64,000 nt of DNA from Myxococcales bacterium (GCA_043747615.1 JAYTOU010000035.1:1-64000), one strand, 5' to 3'; shown: positions 44,684-57,482, numbered from the stretch's first letter. Notes: generated from the sequence alone by a model not told the origin. A program made the numbers and translations.

Positions 44684-47600
44684 TTAGCGGCGAACGCACC
44701 GCAAGGGAAAGCGCGCATGAGCGGCGAACACGGAGACGTCGATGCTAAGCGCCTCACCGCGTGGCGGATTGCCACGAAGTTCCCGGGCGAGCCCTTCACT
44801 ACCTCCGTCGACCGCTGCTGAGATTCGCTCGACGCACATCCGATCGGCTGAAATGCGGGCGCGGACGATCGCGCGCTCGAGGGTCTGCTTCGTGGGCGAG
44901 GCTGCAGTGATCACGGTCGCGTGCGTCCACGGGAGATCGATGACCCAGCCCGCCTCGTCTCCGCTGCAGAGGGAAATCGTCTCGCGATCTTCGAAGTCGA
45001 CGGCGCCGAGCGGCTCGGGCTCCCCCATCGCTCCCGATTCCATGTCGACCGGTAGGAGCCAACGCAGCGCCGCGCTCGGGCGTTCGGGAGCGGCCTGACC
45101 TTCCACCACCACACCGATTGCGCGTGCGTCGGACCGCCGTGCGAGGCGCACCGGAGCGGGCTTTGCGTTGTCGGCTGCGACCCGCGGAATGCGCGCGAGC
45201 TCGCGGGCGTGGCCACCCTCGATCGTCCACACCACCGACGTGGCTTGGTCTCCGCTCGCGCTCGGACCGGCGGCGTACCAGTGCCCGCCGAGGCGCACGG
45301 CGGACTCGATCTCCGTGAAGGGCTCGCCGTCGAGGCGATGAATTTCGGTCGGTGTGCGATCAGCTTCGAGCTCGAAGAGGATCGTCTCGTCGGGGCCCGA
45401 GCGCTTCGCGGACAGGAGCGCGTGACGCGCGTCGTCGCCAGGCTCGAGCTTCCACGCGGTGATGTTGCGGGTGACGCCAAGCGGTCCGAAACGGGAGGAT
45501 TCGACGACCGGCCTCGGAGCGGCGATCGGGAGCGACGAGAACACCTCCTGAGAGCTGCCGAACGGCCACACCCAGCGCGTCATCCACTTGCTCGAGTGCT
45601 CCCAATCCGGGCCTTTCGTCCCCCACGCGAACACGCGCACGAGAGGGCCCGAGCTCCGCACGCCGAGGGCATCTTCGAATTTGCCGGCCCACTCCGTGCT
45701 CGCGCCCAGCTCATCGGCGCGAAGGGGCGGAGCTCCGGCGGCATAGAGCGGCTGCCAGTCCGAGGTCATCATGGTGTGAAGCCCGACGGGATGGCCCCAC
45801 ATGATTTGCTCGGACGGACGCTCGACGACCGCGATGGTCGCCGCTGACGTCGCGGGCGGCGGACCGCCGAGAGGCTCACAAGCGAGCTCGAATGGCGGGC
45901 GCCGCGGTTGTCTCACGTCCGACGGTCTCACGGGCTCGTCGTGGGGGAATATCTTCGGCGCTCCCCAACCGACGCGCAGCCACCCAGCGTTCATACATCC
46001 GACGGGCCCGCACGCGCGCGTCGTCGTCAGTCGCAGATTGCCGGTCGGCTCGGGCACGTCGACGTCCGTCCACGTCATGCCGCCGTCGATCGTCTCGTAC
46101 CCGCGCTTCGACGCGGCCCACCCGAGGCCGTATCGTCCGGAGACGACCGTCGCCCCGGCGTCACGCACGAACTTTCCGACCGTCGCGCGTCCGCTCACGT
46201 CGATGCTGAGGCCGAGCATCGTGCCCCCTGCTTCGACCCATCCCGAGAGCGTACCCGGGATGCGCTCTTCGAACCCTTCGAGCCAGATGCCCGCCTTGAG
46301 GACACGCTCCGCCTCGGGGCTGACGGAAAATGCGATCGCGCGCGTCGTCGCTTTTCCCTTGTCGTCGAGGATCGTCAGGCGCGCGGTCGAGAGATCGCCG
46401 CGGGGAGGAGAGAGGACCGCCAGACTGCCGTCGCCGAGCAAGGTCACCCGCTCTGCGCCGACTTCTCCTTGGAGACGAACCTCGCGAAAGCCCGCTGCGC
46501 CTCTCGCTACGGCATCCCGCGGGAGCAAGCAGTAGCTCTGTTGTCCTTGTTGGGCGTCATCGGACGGAGCTTCGTCGGCGCAACCGCCGCGCACCACGAT
46601 TGCCCCGTTTCCTCCGGCCATCACGACGCGCGGCTGGCCGAAGCCTTTGAGCTCCACGAGGCGTCCGTGCTGTGAATCAAAGGTGTATAATACAGTCTTT
46701 CCGCGCGGCGCACCGCAGACGAATCCGAACGCCGGTGCGCGCCCGATCGGCACGGGATGGCAGCGCGCAGGCTTCATGGCAAAAGCGTCTGGGGCGACGT
46801 CGATGAGCGCTCCATCGGCGAGGCGCACGCGTGCGAGCGACCCGTCTCGGGCTACGACCGCCGTACCATCGGCGAGAGGCCAACCGTCCTCGATGGCAGC
46901 AGTGAGCGGCCTCTTCCCAAAAGATTTCGTCACGGGATCGAGGCTCGCAACGTGCTCGTTCGCCACCGGCTTCGGGAGCGCACCCAAGCGCGCGACCTGC
47001 CCATCGCGCCTCACCTCGTACCAGGCGAGCGTGCGCGTGTTGTCGACGACTCCGCCCACCGCGAGCGAATCCCCCAGCGAGGTGATCTTCTTCGGGTTCA
47101 TCGGTAAAGGAAGCGGTTTCCAGGTGGCCCCGGCATCGTCGGTGGTGACCACTCCGCGCAGATCGGTGATGGCGATCGCGTGCCAACCATCGAGCGCCGC
47201 ATACGCGCCGACGTACGGGGAGGCCGGCCACGTTCCGCGATCGAGGACGGCACCGGTGCGCGGATCGATGGCCCGCGCAGCACCGCTCGGTCCTCGCAGG
47301 TAGATGCGATCGAGGCCCACGACGATCTCGCTGATCGGCGTGCTCGAGCCGAAGAGCGGAGCCGCGCGCGACAACCAACGTTCGGCACGCCACACCACCG
47401 CGTTCCCCGGCGCGGCGATCACGAAGAGGAAACCGCCACCCAGACGATCCGGAAGTCCGATCGTGATGCTCGGGGGCTGCGGCAACCTGTCTTCCGCCGC
47501 GAGCACCGCGCCGTTCGCCAAGCTGACCACGCGCACACCGGACGCGACGCCGCGCACTCCGCCGCCTGGCTCGAGACCGAAGGTTTTCTCGTCGTCGATC

Positions 47601-47785
47601 AGCTCGGGAAGGAGGCGCGCCCCGAAGACGGTGGGATCGGCCAGCGGCACGACTCCAAGGCTGTGGAGATTTCCTTTGGCTTCGAGGGCGAGCGGGAGCT
47701 CTGCGTGCCCGCATCCCATCGCCTCCAGTAACGCCGCTGACATCGCGAGGCCACCCACGAGCACTCGCGTTCGCCTCACGCTCAT
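44684..47785 (-). CDS. large lipoprotein with Asp-box (BNR) motifs, probable beta-propeller
   Basis: Lipobox [13 protein letters not shown] and [12 protein letters not shown] overlap with the pdxH stop. Confidence 0.7.
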   Translation of the reverse strand: MSVRRTRVLVGGLAMSAALLEAMGCGHAELPLALEAKGNLHSLGVVPLADPTVFGARLLPELIDDEKTFGLEPGGGVRGVASGVRVVSLANGAVLAAEDRLPQPPSITIGLPDRLGGGFLFVIAAPGNAVVWRAERWLSRAAPLFGSSTPISEIVVGLDRIYLRGPSGAARAIDPRTGAVLDRGTWPASPYVGAYAALDGWHAIAITDLRGVVTTDDAGATWKPLPLPMNPKKITSLGDSLAVGGVVDNTRTLAWYEVRRDGQVARLGALPKPVANEHVASLDPVTKSFGKRPLTAAIEDGWPLADGTAVVARDGSLARVRLADGALIDVAPDAFAMKPARCHPVPIGRAPAFGFVCGAPRGKTVLYTFDSQHGRLVELKGFGQPRVVMAGGNGAIVVRGGCADEAPSDDAQQGQQSYCLLPRDAVARGAAGFREVRLQGEVGAERVTLLGDGSLAVLSPPRGDLSTARLTILDDKGKATTRAIAFSVSPEAERVLKAGIWLEGFEERIPGTLSGWVEAGGTMLGLSIDVSGRATVGKFVRDAGATVVSGRYGLGWAASKRGYETIDGGMTWTDVDVPEPTGNLRLTTTRACGPVGCMNAGWLRVGWGAPKIFPHDEPVRPSDVRQPRRPPFELACEPLGGPPPATSAATIAVVERPSEQIMWGHPVGLHTMMTSDWQPLYAAGAPPLRADELGASTEWAGKFEDALGVRSSGPLVRVFAWGTKGPDWEHSSKWMTRWVWPFGSSQEVFSSLPIAAPRPVVESSRFGPLGVTRNITAWKLEPGDDARHALLSAKRSGPDETILFELEADRTPTEIHRLDGEPFTEIESAVRLGGHWYAAGPSASGDQATSVVWTIEGGHARELARIPRVAADNAKPAPVRLARRSDARAIGVVVEGQAAPERPSAALRWLLPVDMESGAMGEPEPLGAVDFEDRETISLCSGDEAGWVIDLPWTHATVITAASPTKQTLERAIVRARISADRMCVERISAAVDGGSEGLARELRGNPPRGEALSIDVSVFAAHARFPLRCVRR

Positions 47786-48441
47786 GGAGACAGTCGAGCG
47801 CGCGTCCATGTTCCGTCGGCCCGTCTGGAATAGAGAAGCCTGTCGTGGAGGCGGCTCGAGCGGCCTTGCCAGAATTCGATGCGGAGCGGCGCGACGCGGT
47901 AGCCGCCCCAGAACGGCGGCAGAGGAATTTCGCTCGTTTCCCCGTATGTTCGGTGGAGCGCCGCGATCTCTTCCTCGAGCACCTCACGCGACGCAATCAC
48001 CTCGCTTTGACGCGAGGCAAGCGCGCCGAGTTGGCTCCCGCGCGGCCGGCTGTGAAAATACCGTTCCGACTCTTCGGCCGTCACCTTGGTGACGCTCCCC
48101 TGAATGCGCACCTGTCGCTCGAGGGGCTGCCAAAAGAAACACAGCGCGGCCCGTGGGTTCTCCGCGAGCTGCCGCCCTTTCTCGCTGTCGTAGTTCGTGA
48201 AAAAAACGAACCCGCTCTCGTCGAAGCCCTTCAGAAGAACGATGCGAGCCGACGGCTCCGCGTCTTTGCTTGCGGTGGCGAGGGTCATGGCATTCGGCTC
48301 CCGCACCTCGGCGGCGATGGCCTGATCGAACCACGCTCGAAACAAAGCGATTGGGTCGGCGGAGGCGCCGTCCTCGGTTAGCCCGGCCCTCACGTACTCC
48401 GTGCGGAGCGCTGCCAGCTCGATGGGAAGAAGAGGGGGCAT
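47782..48441 (-). CDS. pdxH: pyridoxamine 5'-phosphate oxidase
   Basis: [48 protein letters not shown]. Confidence 0.97.
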   Translation of the reverse strand: MPPLLPIELAALRTEYVRAGLTEDGASADPIALFRAWFDQAIAAEVREPNAMTLATASKDAEPSARIVLLKGFDESGFVFFTNYDSEKGRQLAENPRAALCFFWQPLERQVRIQGSVTKVTAEESERYFHSRPRGSQLGALASRQSEVIASREVLEEEIAALHRTYGETSEIPLPPFWGGYRVAPLRIEFWQGRSSRLHDRLLYSRRADGTWTRARLSP

Positions 48442-48480
48442 TTTTGAACTTCTCCCTCCTAGTATGTCATATCGAGACCC

Positions 48481-49515
48481 ATGGTTGAGAGCTCCCCCGC
48501 TGCCTCGTTCGGAACACGTCGGTTTACCGTAGCGGTCGTTGGCGCCACGGGCGCGGTAGGCCGGGAAATGCTGCGCACGCTAGAGGCGCGCAATTTCCCG
48601 GTTAAAAAGCTCGTGGCGCTCGCCAGCGCACGAAGCGCCGGGGGAAAGCTTCCGTTCGCAGGAGGTGAGGTCACCATCGACGAGCTCGGCCCTTCGTCGT
48701 TCATCGGGGTCGATCTCGCCCTCTTCAGCGCGGGCGCGAGCGTGGCCCGCGAGTACGGCCCGATCGCCGCTGCCGCAGGGGCCGTGGTCATCGACAACTC
48801 GAGCGCGTGGCGGATGGACGACGGCTGTCCCCTCGTCGTTCCGGAGGTGAACATCGCTGCCGCAAGGAACCGGCCGAAGGGGATCATCGCCAATCCGAAC
48901 TGCTCGACGATTCAAATGGTGGTCGCCTTGAAGCCGCTGCACGACGCTGCGCGCATCAAGCACATCGTCGTCTCCACCTACCAATCGACGAGCGGCAAGG
49001 GGCACAACGCGGTCACCGAGCTGCAGACCCAGGCGCGCGCGTTCCTCGCCGGTGAGGCCGTGGAAGCAAAAGTGTTCCCTGGGCCCATCGCCTTCAACGT
49101 GCTCTCCGACTGGAAGGCGGGCGCGTCCGACTACTCCGAAGAGGAGTGGAAGATGGTTCACGAGACGCAGAAAATCATGGGCGATCCGTCGATCGGCGTT
49201 TCTCCGACCACCGCGCGTGTGCCCGTCATCAATGGTCACTGCGAGTCGATTCACGTCGTCTTTCATCGCCCGATGGACGCCGAAGAAGCGAAGGCGCTCC
49301 TGCGAAAGGCCGAAGGCGTAGTCCTCGTCGAAGGGCCGTACGCGCCAGGGAATCACCCGCAGCCGATCGCCGCATCGGGGACGGATCCGGTCTACGTTGG
49401 TCGGGTGCGGAATGATCTCGCCGTGCCCGGCGCGCTCTCACTCTGGGTGGTGAGCGACAATCTCCGGAAGGGCGCCGCGCTCAACGCCGTGCAGATCGCG
49501 GAGCGCGTGCTCTAG
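48481..49515 (+). CDS. asd: aspartate-semialdehyde dehydrogenase
   Basis: [52 protein letters not shown]. Confidence 0.97.
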   Translation: MVESSPAASFGTRRFTVAVVGATGAVGREMLRTLEARNFPVKKLVALASARSAGGKLPFAGGEVTIDELGPSSFIGVDLALFSAGASVAREYGPIAAAAGAVVIDNSSAWRMDDGCPLVVPEVNIAAARNRPKGIIANPNCSTIQMVVALKPLHDAARIKHIVVSTYQSTSGKGHNAVTELQTQARAFLAGEAVEAKVFPGPIAFNVLSDWKAGASDYSEEEWKMVHETQKIMGDPSIGVSPTTARVPVINGHCESIHVVFHRPMDAEEAKALLRKAEGVVLVEGPYAPGNHPQPIAASGTDPVYVGRVRNDLAVPGALSLWVVSDNLRKGAALNAVQIAERVL

Positions 49516-50627
49516 GACTCTGCGCTTCGGCGTCGTCGCCGCGCAACGAACGCGATCACGATCCCCATCATCGAGCCCAGGCCGAGCGGCCTCGCCGCCG
49601 AAGGAGCCGCGCGGCAGCCGCACCCGCCAGAGAAATCAGCCTCCGCCGGTCGCAGCCCAGGACCACCATCTGCTCCGGGCATCATCGGATGGGGCGGTCC
49701 ACCGTCGGGGAGCACCGGCCCAGCGTCGGGGCCGATGGTCATTCCGCACGAGGAAATATGGGTCGCGCGCGTCTGCGTGCAGCTCGTCGGTGACGCACAG
49801 CTTGGCTCGGGGAGCGCGGGCGGCGAGCCCGTTCCACCGATGTCGCCGCGATTTGGATACGCGGGCGCGAGCGCCGGCCAGTGCCCCGCGGGCGGATGCT
49901 CCATCCAGCCGAACACCCGCTCCTGGTAGGTGTAGCTGCCGCCAACGTTTGGATCGTAGGGGCCGCGACCCGCCGTGAGGTTCGGGTTGTTCGGATTGTT
50001 GGAATAGGCAAGTCCGTTGTAGGCCCACACCGCCGTGTACCAATCTTCTACGAGGTCGGGATTGTTGTCCCCGACGCAGCTCGTGGCCATCCATTTGTCG
50101 CGGAGTATGAGCGTGCCGGTTGCCAGGTTGTAGGTAGGGTCGGAAGCAACGCGGGCGCGATCGAAGCTCGGCGTCTCGCCTACGTGCATGCCGGTCGTGA
50201 CCTGGCCCACGCCGTAGCCGCAATCGAAGGCCACGATCGTTCGCTCGGGTTTCCCCACCTCGCTCGCCGGATTGTCGGGGACGCAGAACTGCCGCCAGCC
50301 GCTCTCTTGCATCGCGATCGCCTGAAGCACGTGACACGGAAAATGCGACGGCACGACGTGGGTGACGAGAGGCTTTCCGCAGCCCGCGCCCATGGTGCCG
50401 ATGGCGGGCCCGTCGGTGCCCCACGAGGCTTGCCCCGGAGCGACTTTCGCGAAAATCGTTTTCCACGCCTCTACGCTCGGGTTGCTTCCGGGCACGGGAG
50501 CGACGCCGCACATCTGTCCGCTCGCAGTGCCACCGGGGGTATAGCTCGGGCAGAAAGCGTGCGCGCTCGCCGTCGTCGCGAAAGCGAAGAAGAGGACGAT
50601 CCCCTGAGAAAATCGAGCTTTTCTCAT
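49512..50627 (-). CDS. lytic transglycosylase (SLT/lysozyme-like) with MYXO-CTERM-like tail
   Basis: AIAMQESGW, GVGQV, YNLATG, AVWAYNG; tail GGCGC...hydrophobic...RRRRR. Confidence 0.8.
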   Translation of the reverse strand: MRKARFSQGIVLFFAFATTASAHAFCPSYTPGGTASGQMCGVAPVPGSNPSVEAWKTIFAKVAPGQASWGTDGPAIGTMGAGCGKPLVTHVVPSHFPCHVLQAIAMQESGWRQFCVPDNPASEVGKPERTIVAFDCGYGVGQVTTGMHVGETPSFDRARVASDPTYNLATGTLILRDKWMATSCVGDNNPDLVEDWYTAVWAYNGLAYSNNPNNPNLTAGRGPYDPNVGGSYTYQERVFGWMEHPPAGHWPALAPAYPNRGDIGGTGSPPALPEPSCASPTSCTQTRATHISSCGMTIGPDAGPVLPDGGPPHPMMPGADGGPGLRPAEADFSGGCGCRAAPSAARPLGLGSMMGIVIAFVARRRRRSAES

Positions 50628-51457
50628 CGTGGTCCGCTGAGCGACGTGCTCGTCTCGCGCCCCGCGAGCGTCGGCGTTTCGTCGCGCGCGCTCGTCAGTC
50701 GAACCCGGGCACCGGTCGCGAGATCGATGCGATCGATGACCCACACATGCGAGTCGTGCTCGTCGCGGTTGGACATCACGAGCGCGGCGCGCTGCTCGTC
50801 GATAGAAAAATCACCAGCGAACGGCAGGACCGTGGTGACGAGGCGCGACTTGCCGGAGAGGCGATCAATGGCCACGAGATCGGCCCCTTCGAACGCGACG
50901 CGGTAGACAATAAGCTCGCCCGCGAGCTCTCCGGCGAGGTGGAGAGTGTATCCCGTCCACGTGTAGAGCGTGCGTGCGGCGCCGGTGAGCGGGTCGATGG
51001 CGTCGATGTGGAGTGGGTCCGTGCGCAAGCGTCCGTTCGCTGCTTCTTCTCGCGAAGGCCACGCGCCGCTTGCTCCGCGCTCGACGTAGATCGCGCCGTC
51101 GGTGGACGCGAGCGGTCGACTAGCGTGATAGAGACCGATCGCCAATAAGGCTATTTTTCCCGAGTCGTCGACGCGATAGAGCGACGAGCGCCAATCCGAC
51201 GAAGGCCCTTCGCTGTCGGCCGCGACCACCGCCGAGCGACCGCCCGGGAGCACGTCGCCGCGCACGACCGCATCTCGTGCTTGCGGCACGCGGGCAATGG
51301 CCGCCTCGAGCGCAGCGCTCACCTTGGACCCACTCGCCGGCGAGACCTGCGCCGCGTGTCGGTTGGTTTGGGCGACGGCAGGCTGCTCGCCGCGCGCGCC
51401 AAAGACCGCGTAACCGAGGGCGGCCAGCGCCAACATCCCGATGACTCGCTTGCGCAT
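50624..51457 (-). CDS. hypothetical secreted protein (beta-propeller-like)
   Basis: Signal peptide; repeated IDxxxG turns; coupled to both neighbours. Confidence 0.65.
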   Translation of the reverse strand: MRKRVIGMLALAALGYAVFGARGEQPAVAQTNRHAAQVSPASGSKVSAALEAAIARVPQARDAVVRGDVLPGGRSAVVAADSEGPSSDWRSSLYRVDDSGKIALLAIGLYHASRPLASTDGAIYVERGASGAWPSREEAANGRLRTDPLHIDAIDPLTGAARTLYTWTGYTLHLAGELAGELIVYRVAFEGADLVAIDRLSGKSRLVTTVLPFAGDFSIDEQRAALVMSNRDEHDSHVWVIDRIDLATGARVRLTSARDETPTLAGRETSTSLSGPR

Positions 51458-51459
51458 GC

Positions 51460-52701
51460 TCAGCTCACGATCTCGCGGAGCCCTTCGATGAGCCGATCGA
51501 TTTCTTGGGAGGTGTTGAAGATGTGGGGGCTTGCGCGGACAGTGCCCGAGAGCTTCGCCCGCGCGTGAAGGACGTGCGCGCAGTGGTAGCCGCCCGAGAC
51601 ACAGATGCCGAACATGTCGGAGAGGGCGCGGGCCACATTTTCCTGAGTCATGGCCGGTGCGTCGACCACGAACGTGGCGAGAGCGATCCGCTTTTCTGCC
51701 GCTATATTTGCGGCCAAAACACGTATTTCGGGAATGGTCTTCAATCCGGCGAGAAGGTACCGCGCGAGGTGCTCGTCGTGCTTGCGAATCGTCTCCATTC
51801 CCACGGCGCGCATCCAACGAATCGCGGCTCCGAAGCCGATGGTTGCCTCGATGGCTGGCGTCCCCGCTTCGAAGCGGAACGGCGCGTCGCGGGGAACGAA
51901 GCTCCCCACGCCGACGTCCTCGTTGAGCGACACCATTCCCCCGCCCACCTGGTAGAGCGGAAATTTCGCGAGCCGCGCCCGCTTGGCATAGAGGATTCCG
52001 ATCCCGCTCGGGCCGAATGCTTTGTGCGCGCTCGCCGCCAGAAAATCGACATCGAGCGCGGCCACGTCGAGCGAGAGATGGCTGAGCGATTGCGCGGCGT
52101 CGAGCAGCACGGGGATTCCGTGCTTCTTCGCGATGGCCACGACCTCGGCCACAGGCGCGATCGCACCGGTGACGTTCGACACGTGACCCATGGCAATTAG
52201 CCTTGTTTTCGAGGTCAAAAGTGACTCGAGCGTCTCCCACAGCGGGACACCGTCGTCATCGATGGCCATCGGGATCGGCTTGGCGCGCACCCGCCACGGG
52301 AGCCAGTTGGCGTGATGCTCGCTCGCCGGAAACACCACCTCGTCTTCGTGGGTGAGCTCCATGGCGTGGGCCACCAGGTTGATCGCCTCGGTCGTCCCGC
52401 GAACGAAGACGATCTCGTCGGGCGCCGCTCCGATGAGACCGGCCACCTCGAGGCGCGCTCCGTCGTACAGGCGCGTCGCTTCTTCACCGAGCGAGTGGAC
52501 GCCGCGGTGAACGTTTGCCGTGCACCTCTCGTAGTAATGAGAGACCGCATCGATGACGACTCGGGGTTTGGGGGTCGTCGACGCACTGTCGAGAAAGACG
52601 ATCGGGGCGTCTCCCACCATTCGGGAGAGAAGCGGAAAATCTTCGCGCACGCGCATGGCGAGCGCATCGATCGCGATGCGATCTTCGTCACGTGTCGTCA
52701 T
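51460..52701 (-). CDS. SufS/CsdA-like PLP-dependent cysteine desulfurase
   Basis: FLDSASTTPKP, ANVHRG, EHHANWLPW, SAHKAFGPSGIG, RFEAGTP, GGYHCA (catalytic Cys), VRASPHIFNT. Confidence 0.9.
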   Translation of the reverse strand: MTTRDEDRIAIDALAMRVREDFPLLSRMVGDAPIVFLDSASTTPKPRVVIDAVSHYYERCTANVHRGVHSLGEEATRLYDGARLEVAGLIGAAPDEIVFVRGTTEAINLVAHAMELTHEDEVVFPASEHHANWLPWRVRAKPIPMAIDDDGVPLWETLESLLTSKTRLIAMGHVSNVTGAIAPVAEVVAIAKKHGIPVLLDAAQSLSHLSLDVAALDVDFLAASAHKAFGPSGIGILYAKRARLAKFPLYQVGGGMVSLNEDVGVGSFVPRDAPFRFEAGTPAIEATIGFGAAIRWMRAVGMETIRKHDEHLARYLLAGLKTIPEIRVLAANIAAEKRIALATFVVDAPAMTQENVARALSDMFGICVSGGYHCAHVLHARAKLSGTVRASPHIFNTSQEIDRLIEGLREIVS

Positions 52702-54016
52702 GGCGTAACCCCTTCACAGCCCTCGAAACACCGGGCGAAATCGATCGGGAAGTGGCGACGAACCACGCGAAATTTCCCGCTCGGCTCGGCGGCGATCGCC
52801 GTCACCTTGCGAACGCTCAGCGTCGCATCCCCACACAATGGCGTGAGCGCTTCGCGCACCCGGGCAACCGTCTCGTCGCCACCCTCGGCCGTGAGGAGCA
52901 CGTCGGCGTCAACCTTGTCGGGCGAGGGCTGGTTCACCTGAAACTGCGCGAGCTCGTCGATCGACCCGAGAGCGCGATCGATAGCGCCGGTGGTCACGAG
53001 CTGACCCTTCGGGGTGAAGAGCGCATCCTGCACGCGACCCTCGATGCTCGCGAGCGGAGCTACGGTGGTGAAGCGACGCGGACCGCTCTCTTTCACCTGC
53101 ACGAGATCGCCCACCACGAAGCGCACGAGAGGCTGCGCCAACCGATCGAGCGAGGTGACCACTACCAGCGCGACGTCCTCGGCGCCGGGCGTCGGTACCT
53201 TCGCGCGGAGGAGCTCGACGTGGGTGGTCAGCGGCGAATGATGGAGGAGACCGTCTTCTCCTTCCATGAAGAGAACACCGACCTCGCTCGCACCGTACAG
53301 CTGAAAAAGCGGGCCGGCGTACGCGCGACGAATGGCCCGGAGGTGCGCGCGCGTGGTGAACGCGTAGGTGAGCTGGATGAACCCGCGGACGTCGATCTTC
53401 CGGCTCGTCTCGACGGCGTGACGCGCGAGGACCGCGAGGTAGACGGGATCGCTCTCCATCCCGATCGTTGCGTGCTTGGTGATCTCGTCGAGCATTCGCG
53501 CCATGTCGTCGGGCCGCCAGAACATCGGGTCCGGGCGCATGTTCAAGAAGAGATGCGGATCTTCGATCCGCTCTTCGAACGAGAGCTCGCCCCTGTGGCA
53601 GGTGCCGAGCCCACAGGCCGGGGTCGTCAAAACAGCTTCTTTGTAAGCTCCGAGCGCGCCGCTCATCGCCGCGTCGATCACCGCATTCGTCCGCATGGCG
53701 CGCGCTTCTTGACGGAGCCACCAACCCTTGTCCCACAGAATGCGCAGACGCTCTTCGGTCGACCCGCTCGTCTCCACCAGCTCGAGCTCTCCAGAGGCGA
53801 GCTCCGCTTTCGCGTCGCGCCCGGCGGGTACCCAGTGCTTCGGCAGGGTCATCCGCAGGTGTTTCTTGAACAAAAGAGGCGCACCCGCGAGCACCTCTTT
53901 CAGCGGGGTGGTCACGCTCGGAACGGTGCGCTCTTTTTGGACGTAGTACGGGATGCCGCTGAACGCGCGCGCGATCGCAGCGACCGCTCGGGCCTCGTGC
54001 TCCGGATCGCGCTCGG

Positions 54017-54020
<4 letters not shown>
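52698..54020 (-). CDS. phenylacetate-CoA ligase / F390-synthetase-like adenylating enzyme
   Basis: [37 protein letters not shown]. Confidence 0.8.
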
Positions 54021-55039
<1,019 letters not shown>

Positions 55040-55150
55040 GTTCGCTCATGATACTGCCAAAGAACGCGGCAGGATCCTCGGCAAAGTGTGCAAAAGGCCC
55101 GGTTTCGCTGAACGCATGACGGGGTGTGGCCCTCATGCGACACCCGAATC

Positions 55151-55178
55151 TTGACCAATTGAATCCACCCGTTATATC
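55151..55178 (+). promoter_or_regulatory. putative sigma70 promoter (TTGACC-N16-TATATC)
   Basis: Upstream of the 55254 ORF in an AT-richer intergenic region. Confidence 0.4.
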
Positions 55179-55253
55179 CGGTGTTCATTGACTGGGGGGA
55201 ACGGGCATCCGCAACACACCGCGGTCCGTGGTCAAAACCCGAAAGAGGATTGC

Positions 55254-55535
55254 ATGGGCAGTCGCCTGAGTTGGCCGCAGATAAAAGATAGCGAAATGTT
55301 CCGAGGGCGCTGGGTCGCGCTCGATGACTGCCGCTACGATTCCCGAACCGCACACCCCGTCGAGGGGACGGTCGTCGACTCCGACGAGGACTTGGTCGCT
55401 CTCTGCAGTCGGATGCAGGAAAGCGACAACAAGCACTGCGCCATCGTCTTCTGCGACGAGACGACGGAGCCGCCGCCCTCGAGCGCCCGCCGTCCGCAGA
55501 TCCTACCGATTCCGCCGCGCCCGCTCACGCATTAG
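55254..55535 (+). CDS. small hypothetical protein (DUF5678-like)
   Basis: FRGRWVALD...VVDSDEDL; AGAGGA RBS upstream. Confidence 0.65.
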   Translation: MGSRLSWPQIKDSEMFRGRWVALDDCRYDSRTAHPVEGTVVDSDEDLVALCSRMQESDNKHCAIVFCDETTEPPPSSARRPQILPIPPRPLTH

Positions 55536-55572
55536 GGCGTCACGCACCGCGGGCTTCCACGGCGCCTCGCTA

Positions 55573-56580
55573 CTACTTCACGATGGGGCGGAGGATCGTT
55601 TTTCCGTCCTTCACCGTGACCTCGAAGTCGACGGATTTGCCGGAGTGCTTTTCTCTGAGCTTTGCCGTCGATTCGCGCAGCGTTTTTGCGAGGCCGTCGA
55701 ACGTCACCGCAGCCGTGGATTCTTGCTGTTTTCGCTTCGTGTCGACGAACTGCGTATAGAGCTGCCGCACGCGCTCGTCCGTGAGCTCGCCCGGGGCCCG
55801 CTCGGGCTTCGGCGCGAGAGGGGGAGGAGCAGGACGCGGCGCGGGCCGAGTGGCCGGCCGTGCAGGTGGAGGAGGGGGCACCGACGGCGGCGTGGCCCGC
55901 AAGCTCGCGGTCGCCGACTGCTCTTTGATCACGGCAGGAGGGGGAGCCGCGGGCGGTGCCGGTACGGGCGCTCGCGGAGGGAGAGCTGGGGGCACACCGG
56001 CGACCGGCTTTTTCGAGGCGATCTGGGCCGCGAGTAGGCGCATTTTTTCCTGCAGCAACGCCGGGACGGGGGGCCTTGCGGGCGCTGCAGCGTTCGGAAG
56101 CGGCGGCGGGCGCGGAATGCTGATGGGCAGCGGCGGCGGCGTCGCGGGCATCGAAGCGGGAGGAACGGAGAAGGTGACGTGGATCTCCGAGCCGTCCTCG
56201 ATCGCGTCGACGGCCGCCTCGTCCGCCTCTGAGGCGCCTCGTCTGCGTCGCCGCTTCGGCGTCCCGGCACCTTGGGCGACACCTTGGACCTTCGCGCGCA
56301 AATCGCGTTTGTACGTGCCCTCTTCGATCTGGCGGCAGATCCGCATCCAGTAGGCCTGGTACGTGTTGTACCGCTGGAGAACCATGTGGAAGCGAAACCG
56401 GAGCGCGGTGTTCCGGATCTGTTCGCGACGCAGGGTCTGGAAGCGACGCTCGACGTCTTTCCGCGGGACGTTGGGCTCGATCTTCTCGATGCCCATGAAA
56501 TACTGTTCGTAGAGCGAGCGCAGGCGATCGAGGCGCGTCTCGAGCTCCTTGACGTTCTCTTCGATCTCCGCCTGCTCCAC
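55573..56580 (-). CDS. MXAN_5187 C-terminal-domain-type protein
   Basis: LYEQYFMGIEKIEP...RNTALRFRF N-domain, Pro-rich linker, VDFEVTVKDGKTILRP C-domain. Confidence 0.75.
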   Translation of the reverse strand: MEQAEIEENVKELETRLDRLRSLYEQYFMGIEKIEPNVPRKDVERRFQTLRREQIRNTALRFRFHMVLQRYNTYQAYWMRICRQIEEGTYKRDLRAKVQGVAQGAGTPKRRRRRGASEADEAAVDAIEDGSEIHVTFSVPPASMPATPPPLPISIPRPPPLPNAAAPARPPVPALLQEKMRLLAAQIASKKPVAGVPPALPPRAPVPAPPAAPPPAVIKEQSATASLRATPPSVPPPPPARPATRPAPRPAPPPLAPKPERAPGELTDERVRQLYTQFVDTKRKQQESTAAVTFDGLAKTLRESTAKLREKHSGKSVDFEVTVKDGKTILRPIVK

Positions 56581-56600
56581 TGCGCTCTCCCGGTCCGACC

Positions 56601-57482
56601 TTACATCGGCGAGATGGGAGTTACGCGAACGTTGTCATAACAAACCTTGTGGTCCCAGTAGGCGTTGAAGCCGAAGTGATCGTGGCCCGCGCCGACCAGA
56701 GGAGTGGGATCCGTGTAGGCAAGGTATTCGACGCCGTCGACGTACATGCGCACGGTTTTGCCGTCCGCGCGCTCTACCTTGATGTGGTAGGTCTGCCCGC
56801 TGGCGACTGGTTTTTCCTTCATATCGTCGGATGTCTTGTCGATCTTGATCTCTTGACGATCGGCTCCGTGCTCGTTGATGCGAGCGAGAACGTGGAAGGT
56901 GTTTTTCCATCCGCCCACGATCGCAAGGTAGCTCGTCGCGTTCGTGTACGACACCGACGTGGCCGCCGACTGGCCGTCGCCCCACACCTCGGCCTTGAAG
57001 TCACCGTCGGCCGAATCGGTCGACGCGTCGAATTCAATCCGCGCGTTGACGGGCAGAACCTTGTTGAGCCAGACCCCATGGTTCTTGGCGCCGGCGACGC
57101 ACATTTTCCCGTTCTCGATGTGCCAGAGCGTCGTGTTGACCTGATTCCAGTTGGGTCCGAGATCACTCGCAGGCTTGGAAACAAGGGGTAAATCGGTCTT
57201 TACCACCTCTGCGCCGTCGGCCTTCCCGGCCTCGCCAGACGTCTTGAGAACCGCCGCATCCTTGATCATTGCGAGCGCCGGCGAAGCGTCGAGGAGGGCG
57301 GGCATCGTCCCGGGGCGGTCGAAATTGTCCTCGAAAGGGGCCGTCATCACGTTCCCGCTCGGGCGGACCACGGGCGCAGGCGTCGCCGTGACGGAAGGGC
57401 CTGAATCAGAGGGGGTGCTGTTGCCGGGTGGGACGCACGCGGCCGCTACCGTGACCACGCCGAGGAAAACAATGGGTCTCAT
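56601..57482 (-). CDS. lipoprotein, concanavalin-A-like beta-sandwich
   Basis: Lipobox AAAC; FEDNF, WHIENG, YHIKVER, MYVDG, YDNVRV. Confidence 0.7.
   Translation of the reverse strand: MRPIVFLGVVTVAAACVPPGNSTPSDSGPSVTATPAPVVRPSGNVMTAPFEDNFDRPGTMPALLDASPALAMIKDAAVLKTSGEAGKADGAEVVKTDLPLVSKPASDLGPNWNQVNTTLWHIENGKMCVAGAKNHGVWLNKVLPVNARIEFDASTDSADGDFKAEVWGDGQSAATSVSYTNATSYLAIVGGWKNTFHVLARINEHGADRQEIKIDKTSDDMKEKPVASGQTYHIKVERADGKTVRMYVDGVEYLAYTDPTPLVGAGHDHFGFNAYWDHKVCYDNVRVTPISPM

Noticed and set aside
51460..52701. Calling this gene sufS of an Fe-S assembly operon
   Set aside because: No suf partners are adjacent and the Cys loop reads SGGYHCA rather than RxGHHCA, so no gene symbol was assigned.
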